From Thermodesulfovibrionales bacterium (lineage in GTDB: Bacteria > Nitrospirota > Thermodesulfovibrionia > Thermodesulfovibrionales > UBA6898), in NCBI GenBank assembly GCA_044450345.1, contig JBIOIY010000003.1:1-64000 (forward strand): a DNA stretch of 64,000 bases. Direction: 5' to 3'. Each line of letters begins with the position of its first letter. Position 1 is the stretch's first letter. Positions 18,801-26,880 of the stretch are shown here, piece after piece. The notes beneath the pieces were generated by a model, which was not told where the DNA came from, did no database searches, and saw only the letters and a list, made by a program, of their open reading frames with translations. A program made the translations under genes and the position numbers.

Positions 18801-21477
18801 GACCCGGAAGCACCTCGTCCGGCTTCCGGAACATTTCCAGAATAGAGGCAATCAGGGGAGGAATCAGGATAATTCCTATTGCCGACAAGGTCCAGAACAG
18901 GACTGATGACAAAACCGTCCAGCCCAGCAGTAAGAGGAGTGTCAATGCCGCCGGCAGGAGACTGCGCCGAAGGTTGTCGAATATCTTCCATTGGGACAGT
19001 CCTGAGAGCGGATTTTTCTGAAAACGGGCGTCGGGACCGGGACCAGGCACATCCGACAGCAGCCACCGCGCAATCTGCCAATCGCCCCGGACCCAGCGGT
19101 GCCGGCGGCCCACGTCTGCGCTGTAGCAAGACGGATATTCCTCGTACAACGGCACATCGCTCAATAGCCCGGCCCGTGCATAACACCCTTCCAGAAGATC
19201 GTGGCTGAGTATCCGGTTCTCGGGGAAGCGTCCGTTAAGCGCCTGCTCGAATGCATCGACGTCATAGATCCCCTTGCCGATGAACGAGCCTTCACCGAAG
19301 AGGTCCTGGTAAACATCTGAGACGGCTCGCGTATACGGATCGATGCCCGGCTCACTCCCGCACATTCTCGCATACCGCGAGCGGTTTGTGCCCGGCAGGC
19401 TCGCGGCCACGCGTGGCTGAAGGATGCCATACCCGGCAACAACACGCTGCTTGTGTTTGTCATAGTGTGCTCGGTTCAGCGGGTGCGCCATGGCACCCGC
19501 AAACTGCTGCGCCGTGTCGCGCGGCAGTTGCGTATCCGTGTCAAGGGTGATCACGTACTTCACGTTCGATAGGATTTCCGTATTACCGACGATGAGCGAG
19601 AAGCAACCACGCGCCCTGCCGCGCAATAAGGAATTCAATTCCGATAGCTTCCCCCGCTTGCGCTCATAACCCATCCAGACCTGGTCCCGGGCATTCCACC
19701 GGCGCGGACGGTGAAAAAGGAAGAACGTATCGCCTCTAGTGGTACTGTACTTTTCATTCAGCTCCTCAATTCTCTGCCGGGCAAGCAGCGACAGCGGTTC
19801 GTCCTCCGGCAGTGTTTCATCTGCCGCATCCTGAAAATCTGTCAGCAGGCCGAAGTGCAGGTTCTCATCCCGATTTGCGAGAAACCGGACTTCCAGCGCC
19901 TCTATCAGGTCCTCGATGTTTTGAGCGCTTATGAGCATGGTCGGGATCACGGCAAGGGTACGCGACTCCGGCGGGATCCCTTTGGAGTAGTCCATTCTCG
20001 GCAGCTGATGCGGGGTCACCAGCAGCGTAGCCAGCCAGTTAACCAGATCCACCGCCAGTTGGCTTGCGCCCAGTACTGAGATGATACCGGTCGTCACGAG
20101 CAGCCAAAGAGGTAAGCCATCAGCATGCGACTTCGCCAGCAACCCCCCGGTGAAAATCGCCGTCAAGAGTGTGATTGCGCCCAGATAGAGGGGCAAAGGG
20201 GACCGGGAACTCACTTTCCGAAGGGCCCCGGAGACAGACAATCGCACATGTGCCAGCTCTTCAAGCCGCGGCAATCCCTTGTCTATGAGGTAATAGCCCA
20301 CATGGGCCGCGCGATCATCTCCAGCTTGACTGCTGTCTTTATTGGCCGCGCTCTCATGCGCGAGCCGTACCGCTTCGGCTGCCACCGCGCTTTCGGATAG
20401 CAGGCTGCTCTTCGCTATCTTCTCCACGACGTGACGGTAGTGATCACGGGTGGCAAAATCCATCTTGCCGTATACTCCGGCGGGGTCCTCACGCAACACC
20501 TGTTCGACCGAACTCATCCTCTCGACGAACTCGGGCCAATCCATCGCCCCGAGAAAACGGAGGCTGCCGATGCTGTTGCTTATGGAGACCTGGTCAGCGG
20601 CCTGTTGCTGGTTCTCCGAATGCACGGACTGCTCTATAGTCAGGCCCGACTCGGAAAGGCGCTGCTCAATCCAGGTGAGCGGCAATGCCAGAGCTGGACT
20701 CTGTCCCTGCAGCCGGCGAGTAAATTCCGCAACAAACGAACTTACCATGGGCGGGTCCGACCGCGCCATGTCCGCAATCACCAGGATCAGGCTATTCGGG
20801 TCCGTCTCCGCTGTCTCCGTCATCTGGTCCGCCCAATAATCAGCGAGGTTCCGGTCGATCCTGTCGGCAGCAATCCGGGCTGCAACGCGACGAAGATTCT
20901 CGATCAGCGCCAGGCGCAGCATGATGGGGATTGCCCACAATTCGCCCAGCTTCAGGACGCTCACCGTCTGGTAGGCTGCAACGAAACTGGTCAGATTTTC
21001 CGGGTCCACCCTGCCATCTCCGTGAGAGATCGTCTCCAGCGCAATGTCATAGACGCGTGGAATCCCGTCCGAGGGGCCGTTCAGCAAGCGCGGCAGTTCC
21101 CGGCTGTACCCCTTCGGCAGGTGTCTCCTGGCCGTGCGGATCTGTTCTTCGATCAGATAAAAGTTATCGAGCAGCCATTCTCCCGCCGGCGTAATCCGGC
21201 GGTCTGTCTTAAGCGCCTGTGTCAGCAGGTTGCGGGCAGAGATCAGGACGCCTTCATTCTCGGAAAGCCTCGTGAGAAGCTGGTCAGGTGCATGTCCCGG
21301 ACTCAACTTGTGCGAGGCCGCCAGGGTCTTGCCATGCTGTTCCATCTGGTCTCTGCTGAAAAGTTCCGATCTCAGCGGTGGCTTGTCGCCGGCGTATTTC
21401 TGTGCCAAGCTGTTTCTGCGGAAGCTCGCACGCAATTGAGGCAGGTTCCCGAGAATGCTCTTGTTGCTCACCTTCAC
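12802..21477 (-). CDS. ndvB: Cyclic beta-1,2-glucan synthase (GT84 plus GH94 phosphorylase domains; Cgs/NdvB/ChvB)
   Basis: 2891 aa; EWLLDNFY, WMGYERKRGKL, LDTDT, SHDLLEG, RRHRWVRGDWQ, SWSGSMFEY, GFRDQLQD, GDWNDG and RENGGQYTH. Confidence 0.95.
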   Translation of the reverse strand: MKVSNKSILGNLPQLRASFRRNSLAQKYAGDKPPLRSELFSRDQMEQHGKTLAASHKLSPGHAPDQLLTRLSENEGVLISARNLLTQALKTDRRITPAGEWLLDNFYLIEEQIRTARRHLPKGYSRELPRLLNGPSDGIPRVYDIALETISHGDGRVDPENLTSFVAAYQTVSVLKLGELWAIPIMLRLALIENLRRVAARIAADRIDRNLADYWADQMTETAETDPNSLILVIADMARSDPPMVSSFVAEFTRRLQGQSPALALPLTWIEQRLSESGLTIEQSVHSENQQQAADQVSISNSIGSLRFLGAMDWPEFVERMSSVEQVLREDPAGVYGKMDFATRDHYRHVVEKIAKSSLLSESAVAAEAVRLAHESAANKDSSQAGDDRAAHVGYYLIDKGLPRLEELAHVRLSVSGALRKVSSRSPLPLYLGAITLLTAIFTGGLLAKSHADGLPLWLLVTTGIISVLGASQLAVDLVNWLATLLVTPHQLPRMDYSKGIPPESRTLAVIPTMLISAQNIEDLIEALEVRFLANRDENLHFGLLTDFQDAADETLPEDEPLSLLARQRIEELNEKYSTTRGDTFFLFHRPRRWNARDQVWMGYERKRGKLSELNSLLRGRARGCFSLIVGNTEILSNVKYVITLDTDTQLPRDTAQQFAGAMAHPLNRAHYDKHKQRVVAGYGILQPRVAASLPGTNRSRYARMCGSEPGIDPYTRAVSDVYQDLFGEGSFIGKGIYDVDAFEQALNGRFPENRILSHDLLEGCYARAGLLSDVPLYEEYPSCYSADVGRRHRWVRGDWQIARWLLSDVPGPGPDARFQKNPLSGLSQWKIFDNLRRSLLPAALTLLLLLGWTVLSSVLFWTLSAIGIILIPPLIASILEMFRKPDEVLPGQHIAASVRSALRRFAQAAFSLVCLPYEAFYSLDAIVRTAWRMLVTRRRLLEWNLSSGLDRNSLNSRTGRLADFSRTMWIAPLIVTAAALYLALSRPAALAVAGPVLGLWFASPVIAWWISRPLARRGARLTADQIIFLRKLSRKTWEFFETFVGPDDHWLPPDNYQEYRAASVAHRTSPTNMGLALLANLSAYDFGYISAGRFIERTENALRTMESMERHRGHFYNWYDTQSLNPLLPAYISTVDSGNLAAHLLTLRAGLLALPDQKILGAQLFDGLTDTIRILADSADGISPESSAYSRMAQLRKGLESACNSLPETLAAARHCLEQLAATAAEVIDSLDALDADPDNEAKWWARAFAGQCRSALDDLMFLDSSTLNSIDKVPTLRELANLEVAAHGVHPSSRRAAERLTVIEKLVVQSSELARMDYDFLFDPTRHLLAIGYNVGERRRDASYYDLLASEARLCCFVAIAQGQLPQESWFALGRLLTNVGGEPILLSWSGSMFEYLMPLMVMPTYEHTLLDQTYAAAVDRQIEYGRQRNVPWGMSESGYNAVDVHLNYQYRAFGVPGLGLKRGLADDLVIAPYASALALMVAPEEACLNLQRLSAEGFEARYGFYEAIDYTPSRQRRRQSSAVVRSFMAHHQGMSLLSLAHLLLDRPMQKRFESDPLFQASMLLLQERVPRATAFYLEAPELSDIRTTSSGAEMPVRVFSSPNTPIPEVQLLSNGRYHVVVTNAGGGYSRWKDISVTRWREDTTCDNWGTFCYLRDVTSGKFWSTAYQPTLKRADTYEAIFSNARAEFRRRDFDYDTHTEIVVSPEDDIELRRTRITNSSKTRRAIDVTSYAEVVLAPSASDALHPAFSNLFVQTEIISPQRAILCTRRPRSLEEHTPWMFHLMIAHGADIGEVSYETARMKFIGRGRTVANPQSMSGRSTLSGALSGSEGSVLDPIVAIRYRITLDPEASATIDVVSGLGETRDVCIGLIEKYQDRRFADRVFDLAWTHSQVVLQQLNVTESDAQLYGRLAGSIIYANSSLRADTGILRKNRRGQSGLWGYAISGDLPIVLLRIEDPANIDLVRQLVQAHAYWRLKGLAVDLVIWNEDHAGYRQLLQDQIKGLIAAGIEANVTDRPGGIFVRLAEQISSEDRILLQTVARVVISDNWGPLSDQINRHGPVKTMVPRLKPTRTLRVESSPVVAMPRRDLIFFNELGGFSPDGREYIITTTRGQVTPAPWVNVLANPNFGTIISESGPAYTWSENAHEFRLTPWYNDPVCDSGGEAFYIRDEESGLFCSPMPLPSRGLAPYTSRHGFGYSVFEHTEDGISSEVWVYVAMDAAVKFTVLKVRNGSGRSRRLSATGYVEWVLGDLQPKSRMHVITKVDPNTGALFALNPYNTEFTDRTAFFDVDDTTRTLSGDKTEFLGRNGTLRSPAAMTRTRLSGKVGTALDPCAAIQVPFDLADGQEREIIFMLGAGQDADDAGQLVRRFRGPAAARRALEAVWQYWNHTLGAVNVETPDQSVNVLANGWLLYQTLACRLWARSGYYQSGGAIGFRDQLQDVMALIHAEPRLVREHLLLCAARQFQEGDVQHWWHPPSGRGVRTHCSDDFLWLPLAASRYVLITGDTGVLDEPIRFIEGRPVSTDEDSYYDLPGRSDEIATLYEHCVRAILNALRLGEHGLPLIGSGDWNDGMNLVGEHGKGESVWLGFFLYEVLIQFTKIARVHEDVPFVERCQEEAAQLRRNIEENGWDGGWYLRAYFDDGSPLGSAGNAECRIDSISQSWSVLSGAGDAERSRTAMEALDKRLVRRDHKLIQLLDPPFDKSNLNPGYIKGYVPGVRENGGQYTHAAIWAAMAFAQLGDSSRAWELLAMINPVNHGRTREEIATYKVEPYVVAADVYALSPHVGRGGWTWYTGSAGWMYRLILESLLGLRLETDKLRFAPCLPRDWESFKMHYRYRETVYHITVLQTNNGGTAGVTVDGVEQPDNAIPLLDDHQEHSVEVRIPSNT

Positions 21478-21882
21478 CTTTGAGGTCTCCTTCTTTCTGA
21501 AAACAAGTGGTCTTCTATAACTCAGAGTTTTCTCACTTTAATTGTATTCTTAAGCCCTGGCATACGCAACGTTGTCCTTTTGAAAATCTCAATCATTCCG
21601 GCATGCTTCAAAAAACAATACTCTCCGCGGCTGTTATAAAGATGGTTACGTGAGCCCCCGTGCAAAGAGGGTTTTGGGCTATATAATGGGAGCCCAGTGA
21701 GGGAAAGAGAGTGTATCCACTAATGGAAGAATAATGGAATCATTCATTAAAGAATGTAGGAGGGCTGCTTTTCTTATAGTCAACTATACCACATAACCGG
21801 CCCCCCCGCTTGAAATAGTCCGGAAAAGACACGAAAGGCCTCTAGGCGGGCAATGTCGTTAAATTCTATGACCAGTGAGAGG

Positions 21883-23070
21883 TCAGAGGGCGGACAAGGC
21901 GCCTTTAAGGTCCGCGATAATGTCTTCGGCGTCTTCAAGTCCCGTAGATATCCTGATAAGTGTCGGGTCGATGCCGATCTTTCGGCAGCCGGCATCGGTT
22001 ACTTTAGGCGCGAACAGAGAAGCGGGATGAAGCACAAGCGTTGCAGCGTCGCCGAGGCTCACGCCTATCCTGCAGAGTCCCAGCTTATTAACAAACCTCC
22101 GACAGGTACTGCCGCTTCCAAGCCTGATCGATACAACGCCGCCGAACCCCGACATCTGTCTTTTTGCGATATCGTGTCCCGGATGATTGCGAAGCCCCGG
22201 GTATAACACTTCTATTACCTTCCGCCGCGCCCTGAGAAATTCAGCGACTTTCCCGGCAGTTTTGCAATGATGCTCCATTCTTATGTGCAGGGTCTTCAAC
22301 CCCCGCAGAAAGAGCCAGGCGTTGAAGGGCGAAAGGCAGGCCCCCAGATTCAGCAGCATATTCGCCCTCAGGAGCGAAATGAAATTTTCAGAAGAGATGA
22401 CAACACCCCCGATCGCATCGCCGTGGCCCCCTATATATTTAGTGGCCGAGTGTATGACACAGTCGATCCCCTGTTCTAGGGGCCTTTGCAAGTACGGCGT
22501 GGCGAAGGTACTGTCGATTACCGAAAGAAGCCTGTATCTTCGCGCAAGGTCGGCTATCAGTCTAATTTCGATTATGCTCAGCTCCGGATTCGAGGGGGTC
22601 TCAAAAAAAATGAGTTTTGTCTTGGGCGTAATGAGAGCGGATATTGTCCTTCTCAGACTCTCGTAAGGCACGAAATACTTCACAGGGCAGCCGAGGTTGC
22701 CGAGGATATGTTCAAAGAACTTCTTCGAGCCTCCATAGATCCGGCTGCTTGAAATGACCTCGTCCCCGGGCCTCAACATCTCAAGAAGGACAGCAGACAC
22801 TGCGGCCATGCCCGAAGAGAAGGCAACGGCATATCCTCCGCCTTCAAGGAGCGCCATCTTGTCCTCGAATGCCTTAACTGTCGGATTGCCTACTCTGGTA
22901 TAGAGGAAACCCTCTTTTTCCCCTCCCTGCACATCACCACCTTCTTCCGCGCCTTCGAAGAAAAATGTGCTTGTCTGGTAGATCGGAGTGCTTGCAGGGT
23001 TAAAGGCGAATCCGCCGTCTTCTCCGGCGTGAACAGCTTTTGTCCCGAAACCGTGGTCGTCTTTTTTCAA
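21883..23070 (-). CDS. PLP-dependent trans-sulfuration enzyme (Cys/Met metabolism family: methionine gamma-lyase / cystathionine gamma-synthase-like)
   Basis: PIYQTSTF, YTRVGNPT, FSSGMAA, ETPSNP, HSATKYIGGHGD, RGLKTL and VSLGD. Confidence 0.9.
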   Translation of the reverse strand: MKKDDHGFGTKAVHAGEDGGFAFNPASTPIYQTSTFFFEGAEEGGDVQGGEKEGFLYTRVGNPTVKAFEDKMALLEGGGYAVAFSSGMAAVSAVLLEMLRPGDEVISSSRIYGGSKKFFEHILGNLGCPVKYFVPYESLRRTISALITPKTKLIFFETPSNPELSIIEIRLIADLARRYRLLSVIDSTFATPYLQRPLEQGIDCVIHSATKYIGGHGDAIGGVVISSENFISLLRANMLLNLGACLSPFNAWLFLRGLKTLHIRMEHHCKTAGKVAEFLRARRKVIEVLYPGLRNHPGHDIAKRQMSGFGGVVSIRLGSGSTCRRFVNKLGLCRIGVSLGDAATLVLHPASLFAPKVTDAGCRKIGIDPTLIRISTGLEDAEDIIADLKGALSAL

Positions 23071-23297
23071 TTTTTTCTGCTTTTCTTAATGTCCCTGTAG
23101 ACCTCTATCGCTATTTCAGGGCACATCCGCGCGCACATGGCACATCCGGTGCATTTTTCTGTATGCACTGCAACGGCGGGGAAGAACCCGCTCTTATTGA
23201 AACGCTTCCTCATAGAAATAACGCCCGCCGGGCAGGCATCCACGCAAAAGGCGCAGCCTTTGCAAAGTTCAACGTTGATCTTTATCTTCCCTTTCAT
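23067..23297 (-). CDS. 2x[4Fe-4S] ferredoxin (2-oxoacid oxidoreductase delta-subunit-like)
   Basis: CKGCAFCVDACP and CTGCAMCARMCP. Confidence 0.92.
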   Translation of the reverse strand: MKGKIKINVELCKGCAFCVDACPAGVISMRKRFNKSGFFPAVAVHTEKCTGCAMCARMCPEIAIEVYRDIKKSRKN

Positions 23298-24958
23298 TTT
23301 GTCCTTTCGAGGAGTTCCCCCGCATGTCTGCGTGAGATCTCGGTGATCGTGCCGCTCAACATCCGCGCTATTTCGTCCTGCCTCTCCTGGCCCGAGAGCT
23401 CCTTCACTTCGACATGCACCCTGCCGTTTTTTTCTTTCTTTTCTATTTTAAGATGAAAATCACCCCGGCTTGCGATCTGCGGGAGGTGGGTGATACAAAG
23501 GAGCTGACGCCTTCCCGATATAAGAGAGAGTTTTTTTGCCACGCTCTCAGCGGTCTTCCCCCCTATCCCTGCATCCACCTCGTCGAAGATCAGAACGGGG
23601 ATATCGTCGACGTCGGCCAGTGCGCCCTTCAGGGCGAGCATGACCCTCGAAAGCTCTCCGCCTGATATTATCTTCGAGAGAGGTTTCAAGGGTTCTCCCG
23701 GGTTTGCCGAGAAGAGAAATTCTATTTTATCCATCCCGGTGGGGCCGATCTTGCATGCCCCATCGTCACCTGTTTCCTTTTTTATTTCTATCCTGAATTC
23801 GGCCTTCCCGAAGGCGAGCTCCTGAAGTGTCGTCGAGATCAGCCTCTCTATTTTGCGGGCCGTTTTTTCCCTCTTTTCGGAAAGGACCGAGGCGCCGCTT
23901 AGAATATCTGCCTCCTTAATCTTGAGGCCTGCTTCAACGGCAGCGAGATTCTCATCGGCGGATTCGATATCCTGCAGCTCCTCCTGTGCTCTGTCCTTAT
24001 GGGTTAGAATATCCTCTATTCCCTCTCCGTACTTCTTTTCGAGCTTTTTGATGAGGTCGAGTCTGTCTTCGATATGCTCCAGCCTGCCCGGCTCGAAATC
24101 GAACCTGTCCCTGTATCTCCCTAGGGCGACAGATGCATCTTCCACAAGCGGCATGGCCGACTCGACCAGTTGCAGCGCCTCCGCAATGCTGGTGTCGATA
24201 GCTGACATCTCCCTTAAGAGAGAGACAACCTTTGAAAGCCTCTCGGAACAGGAGCCCTCGGACTCATATAAGGATGAGTACGCGGCCTCAGTCAGCTCCG
24301 TCAATTTATTCAGGTTAGCGAGTATCTTCCGTTCGTCTTCGAGCGCCTCTTTTTCTCCTGACTTAAGGCAGGCCGTCTCGATCTCCTGCAACTGGAACCT
24401 GAGCAGGTCCAGTCTGTGCGCCCTCTCCCGGCCTCTTTCCTTTAATTCTGCGCATCGTGTCTTCAATGCCCGGACCTCATGATAAAGTGTTTCCACCGCC
24501 CCCCTTTCCGGCAGAAGTTTGCCGTAGGAATCAAGGAGTGTCCTCTGTGTTTCCTGGGTGAGCAGGCTCTGGTGTTCGTGCTGACTGAGGATGTCCACAA
24601 GGGACTTGCCGACTGCAGAAAGTGTCTGGAGCGTGACCATAGTATCGTTGATGTAGGCCCTGCTCTTTCCCCCTGAGGAGATCACCCTTCTTATGAGGAG
24701 GCCGTCCGAGGCATCGATCCCGAGGTCCGGCAAATCACCGATGCCGTCGAGATCAAAATAAGCCTGGACAGTGGCTTCGGCCTCTCCTGATTTGACAAGG
24801 TCTGACTGGGCCCTGCCTCCGAGTGACAACCCCAGCGCATCAACCACGATAGATTTCCCGGCCCCGGTCTCCCCGGTGAGCACGTTCAGCCCTTTGGCGA
24901 ACCTCACGGTAAGGTCGTCGATGATGGCGAGGTTTCTTATCTTGAGTTCCTTCAGCAT
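23294..24958 (-). CDS. recN: DNA repair protein RecN
   Basis: LTGETGAGKS, SGGELSRVMLA, LIFDEVDAGIGG, ITHLPQIA and EIARMLSG. Confidence 0.97.
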   Translation of the reverse strand: MLKELKIRNLAIIDDLTVRFAKGLNVLTGETGAGKSIVVDALGLSLGGRAQSDLVKSGEAEATVQAYFDLDGIGDLPDLGIDASDGLLIRRVISSGGKSRAYINDTMVTLQTLSAVGKSLVDILSQHEHQSLLTQETQRTLLDSYGKLLPERGAVETLYHEVRALKTRCAELKERGRERAHRLDLLRFQLQEIETACLKSGEKEALEDERKILANLNKLTELTEAAYSSLYESEGSCSERLSKVVSLLREMSAIDTSIAEALQLVESAMPLVEDASVALGRYRDRFDFEPGRLEHIEDRLDLIKKLEKKYGEGIEDILTHKDRAQEELQDIESADENLAAVEAGLKIKEADILSGASVLSEKREKTARKIERLISTTLQELAFGKAEFRIEIKKETGDDGACKIGPTGMDKIEFLFSANPGEPLKPLSKIISGGELSRVMLALKGALADVDDIPVLIFDEVDAGIGGKTAESVAKKLSLISGRRQLLCITHLPQIASRGDFHLKIEKKEKNGRVHVEVKELSGQERQDEIARMLSGTITEISRRHAGELLERTK

Positions 24959-25080
24959 TGTTCCGGTCCCGTGTCCCTATTAAATATACCATAAATAGAG
25001 AGAGACATGGCCTCCACAATCCCCCATCGGCCATGCGCGGGACGCATTCGAGCGGCTTCAGGGGAAACCGTCTTGTTTTG

Positions 25081-25104
25081 CGTTATTCCCTGTGATATAT
25101 TACG
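25081..25104. promoter_or_regulatory. Candidate ModE operator
   Basis: CGTTAT-N12-ATTACG resembles the ModE palindrome CGTTAT..ATAACG and ends 3 nt before the modE start. Confidence 0.5.
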
Positions 25105-25107
25105 GGT

Positions 25108-25494
25108 GTGAAGAGGAAAATTCATCCGGCCAAGGCCCAAAAACCATCCCCCGGCCTCCATGGGCGCATATGGATAGACGGCGATGAGGGGACCTTTCTC
25201 GGATACGGACGCATCGTCCTGCTCGAACGCATCCGCGAACATGGTTCCATAACTAAGGCGGCTAAATCGATGGCGATGTCTTACCGCCATGCCTGGGAAC
25301 TCGTGGATTCTATGAACAGGCAGTCGCCAGAACCTCTCGTTGAACTCGCTACGGGAGGCAAGGGCGGCGGAGGCGCCAGCATAACCGAGGAGGGGGAGAA
25401 GTTTATCGGTCTGTTCTGGAAGTTATATGCTGACTTTCAGGACTTCCTTGAAAAGGAAGAAAAGACATTGGGACTTTTCAGAAGGAAAAAATGA
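25108..25494 (+). CDS. modE: ModE-family regulator (winged-helix domain only)
   Basis: GRIWI...FLGYGRIVLLERIREHGSITKAAKSMAMSYRHAW...GGKGGGGA; no TOBE/Mop domains. Confidence 0.88.
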   Translation: MKRKIHPAKAQKPSPGLHGRIWIDGDEGTFLGYGRIVLLERIREHGSITKAAKSMAMSYRHAWELVDSMNRQSPEPLVELATGGKGGGGASITEEGEKFIGLFWKLYADFQDFLEKEEKTLGLFRRKK

Positions 25495-25569
25495 AAAGAT
25501 ATAAAGATCAACTGCAGGACAGGACTATTTTTTCGCTCATTCTCGTTCCGATAAATCGGGACTCCGAGG

Positions 25570-25605
25570 CACTATCTCGACCCGCCGCGGCGGTTCGAGA
25601 TAGTG
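25570..25605. repeat. 36-bp near-perfect palindrome upstream of tupA
   Basis: CACTATCTCGA c CCGCCGCGGCGG t TCGAGATAGTG. Confidence 0.8.
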
Positions 25606-25693
25606 AAGCCGCTCAAAGACAGCCATGTCCTGCTTATTTTTCCATAACCAAAAAAAGAAGAATGCAAACTGGTACGACGAATGAGGAGGAAAT

Positions 25694-26515
25694 ATGGTTA
25701 AGATGGTAAGACATCTGTTGATGTCGGTATTGTGTGCGGTGCTTTTTACGGCAGTGAGTGCTTCTGCTGTATCAGAGATCATCTGCTCATCTACCACAAG
25801 CACAGAGAACTCCGGCTTGTTCGGCAACATATTGCCGCTGTTTGAGAAGAAGACCGGGATCAAGGTAAAGGTCGTTGCACGCGGCACAGGTGCGGCGATC
25901 GAGATGGGCAAGAGGGGAGATGCCGACGTCGCCTTTGTCCACGCGAAGGAGCAGGAACTCAAGGCAGTTGAGGAAGGATTCTTTGTCAACCGGCATGATG
26001 TCATGTATAACGATTTTGTTATCATAGGTCCCTCCGATGATCCGGCAAAGATAAAGGGCATAAAATCTGCTGCCGATGCATTCAAAAGAATTGCGGCGTC
26101 ATCCCAATTCGTCTCGAGGGGCGATAACTCAGGCACAAACACAAAAGAGCTTGCCATCTGGAAAAAGGTCGGCATAGAGCCGAAGGGACAGAAATGGTAT
26201 CTCGAAGTAGGCCAGGGGATGGAAAAGACCCAGAGGATTGCGAATGAAAAACGCGCATACACTCTTACAGATAGAGGTACGTGGCTTGCAACGAAGGACA
26301 AGGACAAGCTCGAAATGGCTGTGGTCCTTGAGGGGGACCCTGTTCTTTTCAACCAGTACGGCGTTATGACGGTAAATCCTGAAAAGCATAAGCACGTGAA
26401 ATACAAAGAGGCCATGGAGTTCGTCAACTGGCTTATTTCAAAAGAAGGCCAGCAGGCGATCGCATCATTCAAGGACAAAAACGGTAACGCACTCTTCATT
26501 CCCAATGCACGGTGA
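25694..26515 (+). CDS. tupA: Tungstate ABC transporter substrate-binding protein
   Basis: Signal peptide; STTSTENSGL, GTGAA, VHA, MYNDFVIIGP, SRGDNSGT and YTLTDRGT. Confidence 0.92.
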   Translation: MVKMVRHLLMSVLCAVLFTAVSASAVSEIICSSTTSTENSGLFGNILPLFEKKTGIKVKVVARGTGAAIEMGKRGDADVAFVHAKEQELKAVEEGFFVNRHDVMYNDFVIIGPSDDPAKIKGIKSAADAFKRIAASSQFVSRGDNSGTNTKELAIWKKVGIEPKGQKWYLEVGQGMEKTQRIANEKRAYTLTDRGTWLATKDKDKLEMAVVLEGDPVLFNQYGVMTVNPEKHKHVKYKEAMEFVNWLISKEGQQAIASFKDKNGNALFIPNAR

Positions 26516-26819
26516 CAGCCTGCCAATCCCCGGGGTCGAGAAGATCAGCAGGCTGATCGACGCCCTTAGAAACTACGCTCTGAAGGAGGCCGGGTCTTTT
26601 CCGGGAGAGTCCTGGGCGGCTTCCTATAACGCACCCAACCTTGGTCTATGGGATGCCTTCTTGTGGTTCGAACTTGCTCAGGACCGGGAGGTTGTGGAAT
26701 TCCTCACCTCCGGCACCTACAGGGCGAGGGTATTGCTGAGTAGTCTGCAGTCATTAATGCAGTGGTACGGACAGTCGGAAAGGGACGACATGCTCCGGCG
26801 TATGAGCATAATAAACTGA
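26505..26819 (+). CDS. Possible orphan ORF between tupA and tupB
   Basis: 104-codon ORF filling the gap and overlapping the tupA stop; no RBS or recognisable motif. Confidence 0.25.
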   Translation: MHGDSLPIPGVEKISRLIDALRNYALKEAGSFPGESWAASYNAPNLGLWDAFLWFELAQDREVVEFLTSGTYRARVLLSSLQSLMQWYGQSERDDMLRRMSIIN

Positions 26820-26880
26820 AGGCATGCGGCCGGCCGCACAATAGCGCTGCGGCCTTCTCACTCATTCGAGGCACTTTGAC

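Noticed and set aside
20431..21483. 350-aa + strand ORF and other long ORFs opposite the glucan synthase, qmoB, sat and tupA
   Set aside because: Antisense shadows of GC-rich genes with no recognisable domains.
25558..25693. Moco/tungsten-cofactor riboswitch before tupA
   Set aside because: ACTCCGAG resembles the 5' start, but the GAAA-capped stem and the CCUCCCG..GGAAAGG 3' elements are missing.
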